Shown piece by piece: positions 1-61,470 of a stretch of DNA of 64,000 bases. Location of the stretch: contig NC_068988.1 of assembly GCF_001194135.2 (NCBI RefSeq), forward strand, positions 29,618,172-29,682,171. The letters run 5' to 3'. Under the pieces are notes generated by a model. That model had not been told where the DNA came from and searched no databases. It worked only from the letters and a program-made list of their open reading frames with translations. Source of the DNA: Octopus bimaculoides. Lineage: Eukaryota. How positions within the stretch are numbered: position 1 is the first letter of the stretch; each line of letters starts with the position of its first letter. Made by a program: the position numbers and the translations under genes.

Positions 1-29
1 TCTTGTGCTTATGTTAGAAATCAATTTTA

Positions 30-269
30 TTAACCCTGTCACACTATAACCCTGCTATAATGGGAATAGGCTAAACATCATCTCTGCTAGATTCCCAGTA
101 AAGTGGTAATTAACAACACACAGAGAAAAAGAAGATGGAGCTAATCCTGTTTGTTAGTTTGCCTGCAATCGTTACACTTGAGCTGTATATGCAACTATTT
201 ATTCTTTTTGCTCAGGGGCCCAGGTGGAAAGTAAAATTAGATACAGTGGCCCAGGTCTGAGAGGGTTAA
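30..269. mobile_element. Possible TTAA-flanked (piggyBac-type) MITE
   Basis: TTAA at 30-33 and 266-269 with imperfect inverted ends ccctgtcacac / ccctctcagac. Confidence 0.3.
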
Positions 270-346
270 GGGTAGTTAATGACAGAAAGCATGGTGAGTG
301 TTAGAATTGTTTCAGCAATAGTATTTGATGGTTTCCCTAAAATGGA

Positions 347-1145
347 AAGCTGGCAGAAACGTTAGCATGCCGCGCGAAATGCTTAGTGGTATCTCGTCTG
401 TCTTAATGTTCTGAGTTCAAATTACGCCGAGGTCAACTTTGCCTTTCATCTTTTTTGGGGTCGATAAATTAAGTACCAGTTGCATACTGGAGTCGATCTA
501 ATTGACTGGCCCCACTCCCCCAAAATTTCGAGCCTTGTGCCTAGAGTAAAAAAGAGTATTATATTCTGAGTATTATATTCTGAGTTCAAATTCTGCTAAA
601 GTCGGTTTTGCTGGGGTCAAGCAAATAAGTACAAGTCATGTGCTGAGTCAATCAAAAGTTCTTTGGCTTTGTGTCTTTGTTCCAAATCATCCTTATTATC
701 ATCATCATCAAAAGTGATGAGCTGGCAGAACCATTAGTGCATCAGACAAAATGCTAAGTGGTATTTATTTCAGTTCTGTGCATTCTAAACTCCTGCTAAT
801 GGGCTTGATAGAATAAGTACCAGTTGAATACTAGGGTTGATATAATTGACTAGCTCCCACCTCTCAAATTCTAGGCCTTGTGCTTATAGTAGAAGGAATT
901 ATTTATTATTATCGTTGAACGCGGTGAGTGGGCAGACCCATCAGTGTATCAAACAAAATGCTTTATGCTATTTATTTCAGTTTTTGTAGTCTAACCTCAA
1001 ATCTTGTTGAGGCCAACTTTGCATTTCATCCTTTTGGGGGTCAATAAAATAAAGTACCAGTTTAATACTGGTGTCAACATAATCAACCAATTCCCACTTC
1101 TAATGTTGTTGGTTTTGTGCCAAAATTTGAAACAATTATTATTAT
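347..1145 (+). mobile_element. Cluster of about 4 SINE family A copies (about 347-560, 575-700, 718-905, 918-1145)
   Basis: Repeated gctggcagaa..gttagc..tgagttcaaatt..gcctttcatcc..ggggtcgataaa..aagtaccag..gccttgtgcc; has A/B-box-like Pol III motifs. Confidence 0.85.
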
Positions 1146-1750
1146 CCTCATCTTCATAATCTTATTTTGCTATCCAAACTATTGTATATAATTAATAATT
1201 ATTTATCTTATTCTGTTTTAATATAATTTAAAACCAATGTAAAATGTTAAATTTTTAATGAGACATTTAAAAACTAAATGCAAGTACAAACAATACTAAT
1301 CTTGCATGATTTATTTCTCAACACCCATGCAATGAATACAGTCTACTCCCAGGTTTGAATATGTTTCTCAGATCTATCAATAGATTATTGCTATCATAAT
1401 TTTATTTTGGAATAAAAAAAAAAACTATGCCAGCCTTTGTGAATATTATTGATTTATGTTGTTTATCTAATCAATACTGAAAAAAGTACAAGTTTCAGTA
1501 TGAAAAGCTGGGCAGCAACTAGAAAATGCTCAGTTAGATTTGGATAAATGCCTTATATATAAATGTAGGGAAAGGAGAAGAAAAAATGCCAAATAATATT
1601 TTAAAAAATACTGTAAACATTGCAGAATTCTATTACTCTCAATTAATTTGTAAACAGCTCTATGAACATTCCTTTCTGAATATGAAATATATGTGTACGT
1701 GTATGCATGTATGTATATACATACATATATGTGCACGCACACGTGCATGT

Positions 1751-1788
<38 letters not shown>

Positions 1789-2101
1789 TTGATATTTGTT
1801 ATTTCAGACAGGCCCTGTGCTTTTACAGATGTGGAAAATAGTTTAATCTTATTGATTGGTCTCATAACTTTATCCTTTGTGTTTCTGTTTACATTGTGCA
1901 CATTGTGCTTCAATTAGGTTTGTGGCATTATTGGTAACAATGTTAAAACCCCATATGACAAATAAAAGTTTACAAGTAAAAATTCTTATCCAAGAATGTA
2001 TATATTCTTAGGGGAATATTATGTCTGAAGATTATACTGAGTGAAATATAGTGTAGTGTAATCGATATTGTATCATCTTTATTGTTGTTGCAAATATGAT
2101 G

Positions 2102-3200
2102 GCAAGCTGGCAGAAATTTTTAGAGCATTGGAGAACATGCCTTGTGGTATTTCTTCTGGTTCTTTACATTCTGACTTCAAATCCTGCTGAGGTCAGTTTT
2201 GCTTTCATCCTCTCAGAGCTGATGAAATAGGGTACCAGCCATGTAGTGGGATTTTATTGTATCAATTAAACCCACTCCTTTTAAAATTATTGGCCTTGAG
2301 CTTAGATTATCAAATCACTAGCTGGCCCTGTGCCGTCAAAAATGACAGCTAATTCTAATATTTTACATATAAATATGGATGGTGAATCAAATTAATACAC
2401 TTGTCAATGCTCACATACATTCACATACTTCCCTTCTACATACACACATACACTCACACAGAGTTGAAACGCTGTTTGATTTTTCATTTCAGTGTTGAAT
2501 GTTCACCATCCCACCAGTTTGCCATCACCCCTTCCTTCTATCACCCCTTCCTTTCTCATTCATTATAGTAGATTATTAAAGTGATTTCCAAGGCAGCAAG
2601 CTGGATAATTGTTAGTATACCAGACAGAATGCTTAGAGGTATTTTGTCCATCCTTACATTCTGAGTTCAAATTCTGCCAAGCCCCACTTTGCCTTTCATC
2701 ATTTCAGGGTCAGTAAAATAAATACCTGTTTAACACTGGGGTTGATGTAATCAACTCCCAGTTTCAGACCTTGTGCCTATATTTAAACACTGAGGTCAAT
2801 GTAATCTCCCACTAATTTCATATTTCACTAAAATATTTTGTTAATTAATAGTATAGTGACAAATTTTAATTGCTGGAAGCTGTAAGCTTTAATACTACAG
2901 AAAAGGAAAGGAGTTTCTCTTGGAATCTGATATTGTAACTAACACTATTTCTCGCTTATTTATTGAAATTTTTGTTCTTAGAACATGGTATACACTGGCA
3001 AAAGCTGGTAGAATCATTACTGCACCAGACACAATACTCAATAGTGTTTCTTCCAGTTCTTTATGTCTAAATGTTGCTAAGGACGATTTTGTTTTTCATC
3101 CTTTTCATTTTCATGAAATAAATACCAATTGAGCACTGCCGTGGGGATGTAATCGTGTTCCCCCTCCTCTCAAAACTGCTGGCCTTTTGCCAAAATTAGT
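2102..3200 (+). mobile_element. Three diverged SINE family A copies (about 2102-2300, 2595-2780, 3003-3200)
   Basis: Same gctggcagaa / gagttcaaattc / gcctttcatc / aataagtacc modules. Confidence 0.75.
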
Positions 3201-3779
3201 AAAAACTAGAACACTATATTTTTAGCAGGTATATTTAGTTTTATTGCAACATGACAATTATAAAACCACAACAATTTTAAATGTCTTTTTTTTTCATCTT
3301 GACAGTAATAATTATGTTATACAATTTAATATGATGTGGCGAGTATTGTATTTTTAGCAGCTTAATGTTATTTTCTGCAATTTATCTCTGACATTAATTG
3401 TCCAATTTTTAAAAGTAAAATTATTTATTTTTCTGAATTTTGTATATCATTATCATGTCTTTTTCCCAGTTAATATGCAAACAAATAAGAGATAAAAGCA
3501 CAAAGATTCAGACAGACCAATAAACAGATAATCAGGATCAATGCAGTTATTCACTGTTTATGCTATTGATTCTTCATCTTCCTCAATGTACCACGAGTTC
3601 AAAAACTATTATTAATTCCATTCTATATCTACCGATAGCATAATGTCCAAATAATTACAATTGGCTTACTCTGGGATAAAAAGAAAATATCCTTATACAT
3701 ATAATACTTTTCTTAAGATGCTCTTACTCAATCTCTTTGTTAAATTTGGATCACAGATCTATTACATTGTTGTCGTCGC

Positions 3780-3795
3780 CATCGTCATCATCATT

Positions 3796-3860
<65 letters not shown>

Positions 3861-3861
3861 T
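3780..3861. repeat. (CAT)n microsatellite
   Basis: Seen directly; explains the poly-I/S/D ORFs at 3661-3964. Confidence 0.95.
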
Positions 3862-3869
3862 CCCAGGCC

Positions 3870-4082
3870 TGAGCATTACTGTCTCAAGTCTTAGGACTCC
3901 AAGATTACAACATTTTCTTTCAACAAGATCCCTATCTATTGCAAGGTTAATCATTCACAGCTGAGTGGATTGGAACAGCATGAAATAGAAGTGTTTTGCT
4001 CAAATACAATGCACCATCTAGTCTGGAAATGGAAACCTTGATTTCGTGATCAGGAGTGCAACACCCTAACCACTTGGCCTCG
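3870..4082 (-). mobile_element. tRNA-headed SINE (family C2)
   Basis: Minus strand reads ggccaagtggttagggtgttgcactcc...gagcaaaacacttc...ccactcagctg; shares its 3' part with 16975-17232. Confidence 0.65.
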
Positions 4083-5025
4083 ATCTTTCACTATTACATT
4101 ATGGTCCTTTCTTTTTCATCTTGCTTTTACAACCTTTGTCTCATTACTGATTTACATCACACTTCTGATGAATGCAAAGGTGTTCCTTTTTTACATATAT
4201 ATTTTTTTTCCTTTTTGTGTGAAGATAGTTGTGTTTCTATGTTTCTTTTGCTCTATGTGCTCAAAAAAGACAATGTTTCTTCAACATTTTTCATTCACTT
4301 CAAAAACATCAACAATGATTAATGAAAAAACTTTTTGTTTACAACTCAAATTTGTCTACCATCAGAATAATCCTGTTAGATCCTTGCTATTTACACTATC
4401 CACTCTATGTGTTATCAATAATGATTTTATTGCCCTTATAGGTGGTCAGAACATGATAACTAGCTATCGTGGACTACCAGCTTTCTTTATTGTTTGGTTT
4501 TAAGGAAGTAATAAATCATAAAGCCTCCAGTTTTAGACTTTCTGCAGCTGAAAGTCATCTGCTTCCCTGGCCTTCCTTTCTTTATTGTTGTCTTCAGAGT
4601 TACATTTCAGGTTGACTGAGATATGTTGACAACTCTCACAAATTCTTTCATGTTGTGACAGAAAAGAGATTATGTTTTTATCCTACAAGTGCCAGCTGCA
4701 ATTAGGGAAGCTTGAAGATAATGAACAGAATGTATTTGACAGACAGAATGTATTTGATAGCAAAAGTGAATTCAAAGATACCATATTTGGGAATACAATG
4801 CTAGTAATAAAATTATCATTCACGAATCAGTAACTTCTGTGGTTTAACCCTTGTGTTTCATTGAACTAACCTGATCTCTTTTTCTTCTACTCATACTTAT
4901 TACTGGTTTACAATTTGTCCTTATGATACACCTTTCACATAACATTACTGATTTTTCTCAAATGATATTTTTAATATTTATTTTTAAAATGTATTATATG
5001 AAATTAATACAAAGAATATATAATA

Positions 5026-5212
5026 CAGGGGTGGACAAAAACAGGTATACAGTTACATAATATAAGTGGAATGTTCTCTTCATTTCTCTATTTCTTTTTT
5101 GGAATAAGAATTCTATGATTTTATGTTGTTTTTAGCTAATTCTTTCTATAATAAAATAATTTATTAGTAATTATAACTTTTATAACTGCATGGCTACTTT
5201 TGTCCACCCCTG
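5026..5212. mobile_element. Tc1/mariner-type MITE, 187 bp
   Basis: Perfect 15-bp TIR CAGGGGTGGACAAAA (5026-5040 and 5198-5212), extending imperfectly to about 30 bp; TA on both sides (5024-5025, 5213-5214); AT-rich non-coding interior. Confidence 0.85.
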
Positions 5213-5341
5213 TATATAATACATTTTATTTAGCTTACATGTCATTTTAGATGGTAAATATATTCCCTTTAGACTGAAATTTATACATAGCTAACCATTT
5301 GAAATTCAATGTTTTGTAAATGTAATCTTTCCTCTTACAGC

Positions 5342-53034
<47,693 letters not shown>

Positions 53035-53246
53035 GCACTGCAAATACAGATACAGGCAGATGTTTATCAGGCTGCTTCATGGAATAATGATACAGGTCTA
53101 AAAAATCTTGGTGGACGTTATGCTTTACTGAGTCTGTTACAAAAGCAGATCACTGTCAGATAAAATATTTCCCTCATTTGTTTTTAAAATTTTTTTTTTT
53201 TCTTCAGTACATCCTTTATCTCTTTCTACTCTTATTCATGTTTTAT

Positions 53247-53252
53247 AATAAA
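53247..53252 (+). terminator. Candidate proximal polyadenylation signal (AATAAA)
   Basis: First AATAAA noticed after the stop (about 210 nt downstream); another at 54107-54112. The hexamer is common in this AT-rich DNA. Confidence 0.3.
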
Positions 53253-54786
53253 CATGTAAGAACTGCTTCTTATCATCAAATAGAGGGATTTAAAACTGTA
53301 AAAAAAAATTATGGAACAGAAGATAAATGACCTGGAATGAACATACTGCTCATATACTGAAGCAAGTGTTTCAACTACAAAGCTGCAGCCACCTATCTCT
53401 AATCAATGATCTCTTAATTCTACTGGTTCCTGTAGCAAACAATTTTAGCCCTCTTCACCTCTAGCACTACTAAAATCAGGATTTGAACCCTAATTCTTCT
53501 ATGCTGTAAAAGTTTCAGACTCACTTTAGAAAAAAAAATTAAAAGAGAAAAAAAGAAAAACCTCTCTAGTAGACCTTCCTTCTCAGTTCTGCTCTTTGTT
53601 TAATCTCAAATTCATTGGAAGAATATTCGTTCAGGAAAAAATATATATATCCTAAATTTAAATTAAATTCTTGAATTTATTAATGTAAAATGAACAGTAA
53701 AAGAGAGATGGACAGATAGACAAAGAGAGAGGGAAGGTGAGAGAAAAAAGAAAAAGAAGAGAAGAACTAAAAGATCTCTGAACATATATACATACATACA
53801 TGTATTTGCCCTCTACAGATGTGTATATGAATTTATACAAGCTCACATACATATAAATAGGCATACATATTTTTCATGTATATACATTTTTCGATGTATG
53901 TATGCAGCTATATATAAAGTTACATAGAAATGAACATGTGTGTATGTATTTAGATAAAAGATATACATATTTACACTCTTTTGTATATATGTGTATAATC
54001 ATATGCATACATATATATGTGTAAATGTGTGTGCATGTGAGTGTGTGGATTGTGTGTCTGTGGGTGTATAGTCATACATAAACATATATGAGCATAAATG
54101 CTACGAAATAAAGTGTCAGGCTGATTTCCAAGATGTTTTTATGCAGACTGTATCTAAAAAGTTTCAGCAGTGCACCTTACATTATGAGAAATCAAGAAAG
54201 TAACCTCCAGAGGTTAAACGAAATACTTAAAAAAAAAAAAAAAAGAATACGAAAAAAAAAAGCAAAACAAAACAAATCTCTCTTGGCCTCTTACAGATTC
54301 ACAATTCTGATTTAACCCTTTTCCACTGCAAATTGTTTTGTTTGGTTGCTATTTTGTTTATTTATTTTTTTTTTATCTACTGTTGACATGGTGCCTGCAA
54401 ACTGGACTATATATTTAAAAAAAAAAGGTAAAATAAAAACAAAAAAAATGAAAAAAAAACGCAAAAAATTTAATAATAGATTAACTTGTTTCCTCCTCCC
54501 CCCTCTTGTCCCGATGTTATTAATAACACCATCACTAACCACCACCACCACTTCATGTCAGTGAAAGAAAGCTTGAGAGGTTGTAAACTTCTGAATATTT
54601 ATTTTTAGGCGGCTCCATACTTAGTAACTGCCTGGTTTGTATCTTAGAGGATAGAGAATATTTAGAACTCAGAAAACCTTGTGTTACATTCTCATCTTCA
54701 ACATTTGCATTTAGCCCTAATATATAGCTTTACATGTATAAGAAAGAAAAAAAAAACTGTAAAATATCCAAATCTCATGAGGCATC

Positions 54787-55090
54787 ATAACAATAATAAT
54801 AATAATTATAATAATAATAATAATAATGATAATAATGATAATAATAATAGTAGTAATAATGATAATAATAATAATATTAATAATAATGATAATAATAATG
54901 ATAATGGTAATAATAGCCTCTGGGGAAGTGAAGTGGCCTGTTGTGATCTTCATGCTTTTTCCAATAATCTTAGACATGTAAGTAATGCAGGTCAAACTGC
55001 AAATTGAAACTGGATCTGAGTATTAAGTCTATGTTAATTACAGTTATACTACTACTACTATTACTATTACAACTACTACTACTACTACTA

Positions 55091-55133
<43 letters not shown>

Positions 55134-55135
55134 AA
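54787..55135. repeat. (AAT/GAT)n and (CTA)n(ATA)n microsatellites in the putative 3' UTR or flank
   Basis: Seen directly. Confidence 0.9.
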
Positions 55136-55517
55136 AACAGATCTATTCCTTTTTAACTAATGTCAAGCTTTAAAAACATTTTTTTAAATTTTTGTTGAAA
55201 TTGTTACTATTTTATTTATTTATAATCATTATCAATATTTATATTTTCTTCTCCTGCTACCATTTCCTTAACACTAACCTCTTCATTTTCTTCCAACCAT
55301 CAAATTATTTTCATTCATATACAATTTAAATACATTTATTTTGATCCTTGCCAGGATGTGCTAAATTCACATTCCAGTAAATTATGAAAACTTAACTAAA
55401 ATTATATAATAAACTCAATCAGAGTGTTGGGCTAAATAAATAATTAAAGATTTGTTTTGGCAATATTTGTTGTTGCCAGTCACCATTCCAACTAGTGTAG
55501 TGCCTATATGTATGTGC

Positions 55518-55567
<50 letters not shown>

Positions 55568-55721
55568 TCATCTATTTCTTTATATATATACGTGTGTGTT
55601 TGCATGTATATATACCTATATGCAGATGTTTCTGTTCATTCACCAAGATGTGATAAATTACAGAACTTAGTATATAACTGCACACACACATACATACACA
55701 CGTGTGTTCATATATATATAT

Positions 55722-55771
<50 letters not shown>

Positions 55772-56007
55772 NNNNNNNNNNNNNNNNNNNNNNNNNNNNN
55801 NNNNNNNNNNNNNNNNNNNNNNNNNNNNNNNNNNNNNNNNNNNNNNNNNNNNNNNNNNNNNNNNNNNNNNNNNNNNNNNNNNNNNNNNNNNNNNNNNNNN
55901 NNNNNNNNNNNNNNNNNNNNNNNNNNNNNNNNNNNNNNNNNNNNNNNNNNNNNNNNNNNNNNNNNNNNNNNNNNNNNNNNNNNNNNNNNNNNNNNNNNNN
56001 NNNNNNN

Positions 56008-56053
<46 letters not shown>

Positions 56054-58456
56054 GTATGTATGTATACTGAAGTATCTCTTAGTATTCGTTACCTACTTAT
56101 ATTTTTGATAATATCACCTGATGGTGGTAAGTTCTTTGTAGCACCTACTAAACAAAATGATTTTATTATCTTTGAGTCAGTGCAGTTGTCAACTGAAGTA
56201 GCGGGTTACAATTAACTGCTTCATAGGATGACAAAGGAACTAACTCTTCTTGAAGGAAGCCTCATAGAAGTTGTTTACCTCATAGTTGGAAATGTTATGA
56301 CTGGGTCATGGATTCAGAATGTAGTGGGTTGAGATTGGTGAATTTCTTACTATTCAATAAAATACTATCTACGCAAGCTGCTAACAACAGGTTCAATAAA
56401 GTGAAACATATTGTAGTATAATGTAATAGTATCAAACTTAACATTTTCCTGCTTGAAATTCAATTATGAAATACCTTAGACTTTAGTGCACTTTATTAAC
56501 ATGATTGTTATGAGAATATACTTCGATGTGTTAAGATTTTGGTACATGCACACATATTTCTCTTTTTCTTTTCTGTTATCCTCCTAATTCTTTCCTTTCC
56601 TAGTCAAACCAACATGAATTAATCACTTCAATAACAATAGGAAAAAAAATACCCAAAAAACTAATGTATATCCAAACTGTTTGAATTGCCTGAAGAAGTA
56701 ATTTGTCTGTCCATGCAGAGCTCCTTAGCAAATCTGATTAACTACATTAAATACCCAACAGTTTTAACATATATTATAGTCTTTCTTGTTCACTGTGACT
56801 TATCTCTGGATCTTCAATGGCACCAATAAAGACAGCTTTTCAGATGCAATAATGAGGGCACTAAAACTAGTAAAGCTGGTAAGGAAATAAATTTAAACCC
56901 AAACACATTCAGTTCCCACTCATGCTCATTGATAAAAGTAATCTCATTATAAGAGAAACACTTCAATTATAACATTTACCAAAACATATTTATTCTGGGA
57001 AAATTTATGGCAACTGGGAACCACTGGATTCTGAAGTTCTAAAATTACAAAAGTGTCTCTCTGAAATATATTATAAATAAAATTTTTAAAAATTGTCTCC
57101 TGTTATACTGCATTTTACTTTTCTGTTATTTTTCATCCATCAGGACTGAAATAAAGCTTTATTATTGAATTACACTAACATTGTAGATGTTTTGTTTGTG
57201 TTTCAGTTATTTTCTAGAATTAGTGACTTAATTATTATATTGTTTTGGAATTCACTGTCTACTGTAATATCTGAACTGTTAAAACTTACCAAAAGAGATG
57301 TTTTCAAAGTGTTCCAATCATAAATTATATCAATTAGAAATCAGTTTAAAACAAATCAGTTATATGAGAAAAAAAAATTATTATTCAATGTTGTGGAAAA
57401 AATTCTTTCTTATGTTTCTTGCAGTTTACTAATAACCTCTTTAAAAAAAGAGAACTGAAAACATTGAAAAGATTTTCTGAAAAATAATTAATTTGTTTAT
57501 TATTTCACATTGTTGGATTAGTTAAAAGGTGATTTTTGAAGCTAAAATTGTTATAAACTTAAATTTATACTGACAAAGTACTGGGAAAAAAATTGCTTCT
57601 TTGAAAAAATTCTATATTATATTCTAGTTCTACTTAATTTTAGAACTTTGGATACATTAATAGCCTTTATGAATAATTTGATTTAAGGAAAGAATATATT
57701 TTTCTTTCTTTTACCTCTATCACTGTAATATATAGATATTAAAAAAAAATATTTACATTTGGTGAAACAATCAATTGATGAATCAGCTGAAGACTTAAAT
57801 GTTTATCTTAAAACTGAACTTTAAGCTAACACCCAACACTTCAATGTTGTATTCCTCCACTTTAGAAATGACCTTTGTGTAAAAAATATCAAAGAAACTG
57901 TATACAAATAATTGACATTGAAGAAATTCAAATTTCATCCTAATACAAGAACTGCAACACCATAAATTGCCACAACTCTATCAATTGCTACAGCTTTGTT
58001 AGTAACCACATTCTTCATTTTCTTATAACATTGTCAGTTACTGCAGCACTCTTTTCCACTGACGATAAAATACACTTCACAGCCAGTAAAACACAATGCT
58101 ATCAGTAACCACAAATTAACCAGTAAATAGGCTAACAATGATTGAGACTCTATAAGGAGATAAAGCTAATTTTAACATAAAATTCTAAAGAGAATCTTGT
58201 AATTTCTATGCTGTTTGAATTCTACCAGTTTATGTCAACATTGATTTGATATCAACTAATAATTAAATGAGTAAAGAAATGACTTTTTAGCTAATGCTGG
58301 CTTAATGTTACTTGTTCTATAACATTTTGACTTTCATTCAATTAGAAATTTGTCACTTGTTGAGTAAATTGAATCAAATGTGCATAGCACATAGCTAAGG
58401 TTCTTCAAAGTTAATCCATAAATGGTCGACTTATTTGAGATGTGGCAGTGTACATG

Positions 58457-58506
<50 letters not shown>

Positions 58507-58551
58507 AATAATGCACTCCCCTGTACAGTCCTGCTAATATTTTGGCATTCT

Positions 58552-58760
58552 AGGCGGCGAGCTGGCAGAAATGTTAGCACGCCGGGCGAAATGCTTAGCG
58601 GTATTTCGTCTGTCTTTACATTCTGAGTTCAAATTCCGCCAAGGTTGACTTTGCTTTTCATCCTTTTGGGGTCGATAAATTAAGTACCAGTTGCATACTG
58701 GGGTCGATCTAATCAACTGGTCCCCTCCCCAAGAATTTTGGGCCTAGAGTAGAAAAGAAT
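58552..58760 (+). mobile_element. SINE family A, young near-consensus copy
   Basis: ggcggcgagctggcagaaatgttagcacgccgggcgaaatgcttagcgg..gagttcaaattccgcc..ggggtcgataaattaagtaccag. Confidence 0.92.
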
Positions 58761-58859
58761 AATTTTATCATGTAATGATAATATTGTATTGACCAAAATT
58801 TTAGACTTTTGGTCTCGAGGGTTCCAAAATCAGCAAAGGTTTGTTTTTTTTATCGCAGA

Positions 58860-58975
58860 AAATTTGCTTTCTACACGATAAATTAAGTACCAGTTGCGTA
58901 CTGGGTCGATCTAATCAATTGCCCCCCCCCCTCCCCAGAAATTTCAGGCCTTGTGCCTAGAGTAGAAAAGAATAT
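58860..58975 (+). mobile_element. SINE family A, 3' half
   Basis: cgataaattaagtaccagttgcgtactgggtcgatctaatcaa..ggccttgtgcctagagtagaaaagaat. Confidence 0.85.
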
Positions 58976-59150
58976 TTTGGCTTTCTTTTTTCATGTCTGA
59001 TGAAGTATGTTGATGCTAACAAACATTCTCTGTTTGACATTGACGATAATTTTGAAGACCTAGTTCCAAATCTATAGAATGTGTTTCAGTTGCAGGACTG
59101 TATACACACACACATACATACAAACATACATACATATATACATACATACA

Positions 59151-59184
<34 letters not shown>

Positions 59185-61393
59185 CATACATACATACACT
59201 AACATTAAACATGTGAAAAATGAAAAAAAAGTAAAGTGTGTTTGAATAATATTTCAACTCTATTACTACTGTTTAAAGCTTTGTTATATTTTATTGAATG
59301 ATATGCACCAGCTACAAATTCTGTGGATCTGTACACGTGTGGAATTAAAGAAAGGGATTACATAAGCAAAACTTAACATATTTATAAAAGGATGTTTGTG
59401 TGAGTATCCATAGCAGGAGAGATATGAACATCTCTGGGTGTACATATGAAGTTGTCTGTATATGTGTATGTGTGTGTGTGTGTGTGCATGTGTGTGTGTG
59501 TGTCTGTAGGTATATACATGTACCTATCGATAGTCACACACTATTGTGCTTATTTAATGCAGATATATGTACTGCAACAGGAAACACACATGTGAGTGTG
59601 TGTGTCTGTGTGTAATATACACATATAAACACATACATAGCAGTGTGCTTATTAGTTACATTACTTTATATCAATTCTATACAAATGTGTCCCTCATTTT
59701 CACCTTGCCATATCTCATTCCCATTTGTTTCACATGTTGTTCTCAATTCATGGGAAGAATGAAGACACATCTTTAATGTTTTTCATTTCTGTAAATATTT
59801 TTGAGGGAAAATACTGCTATTAAAAGTACTTATATTTAAAACTACTAAAAAAACCAAAGTAGGTATCGAAAAAAATACTTTATAATTAAGACATGCTTTT
59901 CCCTTTCCTTTCGCAGATTTTATCTTGTTTGCGCATCAATGTAATTTTTGCTTCACTTTGATTCTTTGTTCTCTCCCATCTAATTTTTCTTTTCTTCCAA
60001 GCAATGTATTATTTACCTCTTGTTACTGCAGTTATTAGCTATATTTTTTTACTTAACCTTTTAAATAAATCATACAAAAAAAAAAAACCTAAGTTAATTA
60101 ATTCCCTCCAATATGGAAAGAACAATATTTTTTTTTTTTTTTTTGCCAATCCCCACTTTGAAAATTAATTGTTCAATATCATCTTATTATGAGGAACTTC
60201 TAGTCCTTAAGTCAACCAAAAGTTATTCTCTAATTTTGCACCCCTTGTCATTTTTTTTTTCTCCATTTACCACCTGCTTAATTTCTCATCTATTGTACTT
60301 TTTATAAATGTCTTGCTTTGAAGAGAATATTTCTCCCTTTTGCCTTTCAAGGACAGATTCTATGTCAGAAGCTGATGCTATAATGTGATTATGGAGGTCA
60401 TAAATTAATTATAATATAATGAATCCCTCAAGGCAGCCAACTGTCAATATGTATNNNNNNNNNNNNNNNNNNNNNNNNNNNNNNNNNNNNNNNNNNNNNN
60501 NNNNNNNNNNNNNNNNNNNNNNNNNNNNNNNNNNNNNNNNNNNNNNNNNNNNNNNNNNNNNNNNNNNNNNNNNNNNNNNNNNNNNNNNNNNNNNNNNNNN
60601 NNNNNNNNNNNNNNNNNNNNNNNNNNNNNNNNNNNNNNNNNNNNNNNNNNNNNNNNNNNNNNNNNNNNNNNNNNNNNNNNNNNNNNNNNNNNNNNNNNNN
60701 NNNNNNNNNNNNNNNNNNNNNNNNNNNNNNNNNNNNNNNNNNNNNNNNNNNNNNNNNNNNNNNNNNNNNNNNNNNNNNNNNNNNNNNNNNNNNNNNNNNN
60801 NNNNNNNNNNNNNNNNNNNNNNNNNNNNNNNNNNNNNNNNNNNNNNNNNNNNNNNNNNNNNNNNNNNNNNNNNNNNNNNNNNNNNNNNNNNNNNNNNNNN
60901 NNNNNNNNNNNNNNNNNNNNNNNNNNNNNNNNNNNNNNNNNNNNNNNNNNNNNNNNNNNNNNNNNNNNNNNNNNNNNNNNNNNNNNNNNNNNNNNNNNNN
61001 NNNNNNNNNNNNNNNNNNNNNNNNNNNNNNNNNNNNNNNNNNNNNNNNNNNNNNNNNNNNNNNNNNNNNNNNNNNNNNNNNNNNNNNNNNNNNNNNNNNN
61101 NNNNNNNNNNNNNNNNNNNNNNNNNNNNNNNNNNNNNNNNNNNNNNNNNNNNNNNNNNNNNNNNNNNNNNNNNNNNNNNNNNNNNNNNNNNNNNNNNNNN
61201 NNNNNNNNNNNNNNNNNNNNNNNNNNNNNNNNNNNNNNNNNNNNNNNNNNNNNNNNNNNNNNNNNNNNNNNNNNNNTATATGCATGTGTTTTGTTCAGTT
61301 ATAGTAAAAACAATTTCACATTAATATGATGGTTTAACTGGCTGAAACTTCAAAGTCATTGTCCATAATATCCTTGCTTAAGAACAATGAATA

Positions 61394-61470
<77 letters not shown>

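Noticed and set aside
53035-58500. miRNA seed matches in the putative 3' UTR
   Set aside because: Heptamer matches are expected by chance, and no conservation data are available here.
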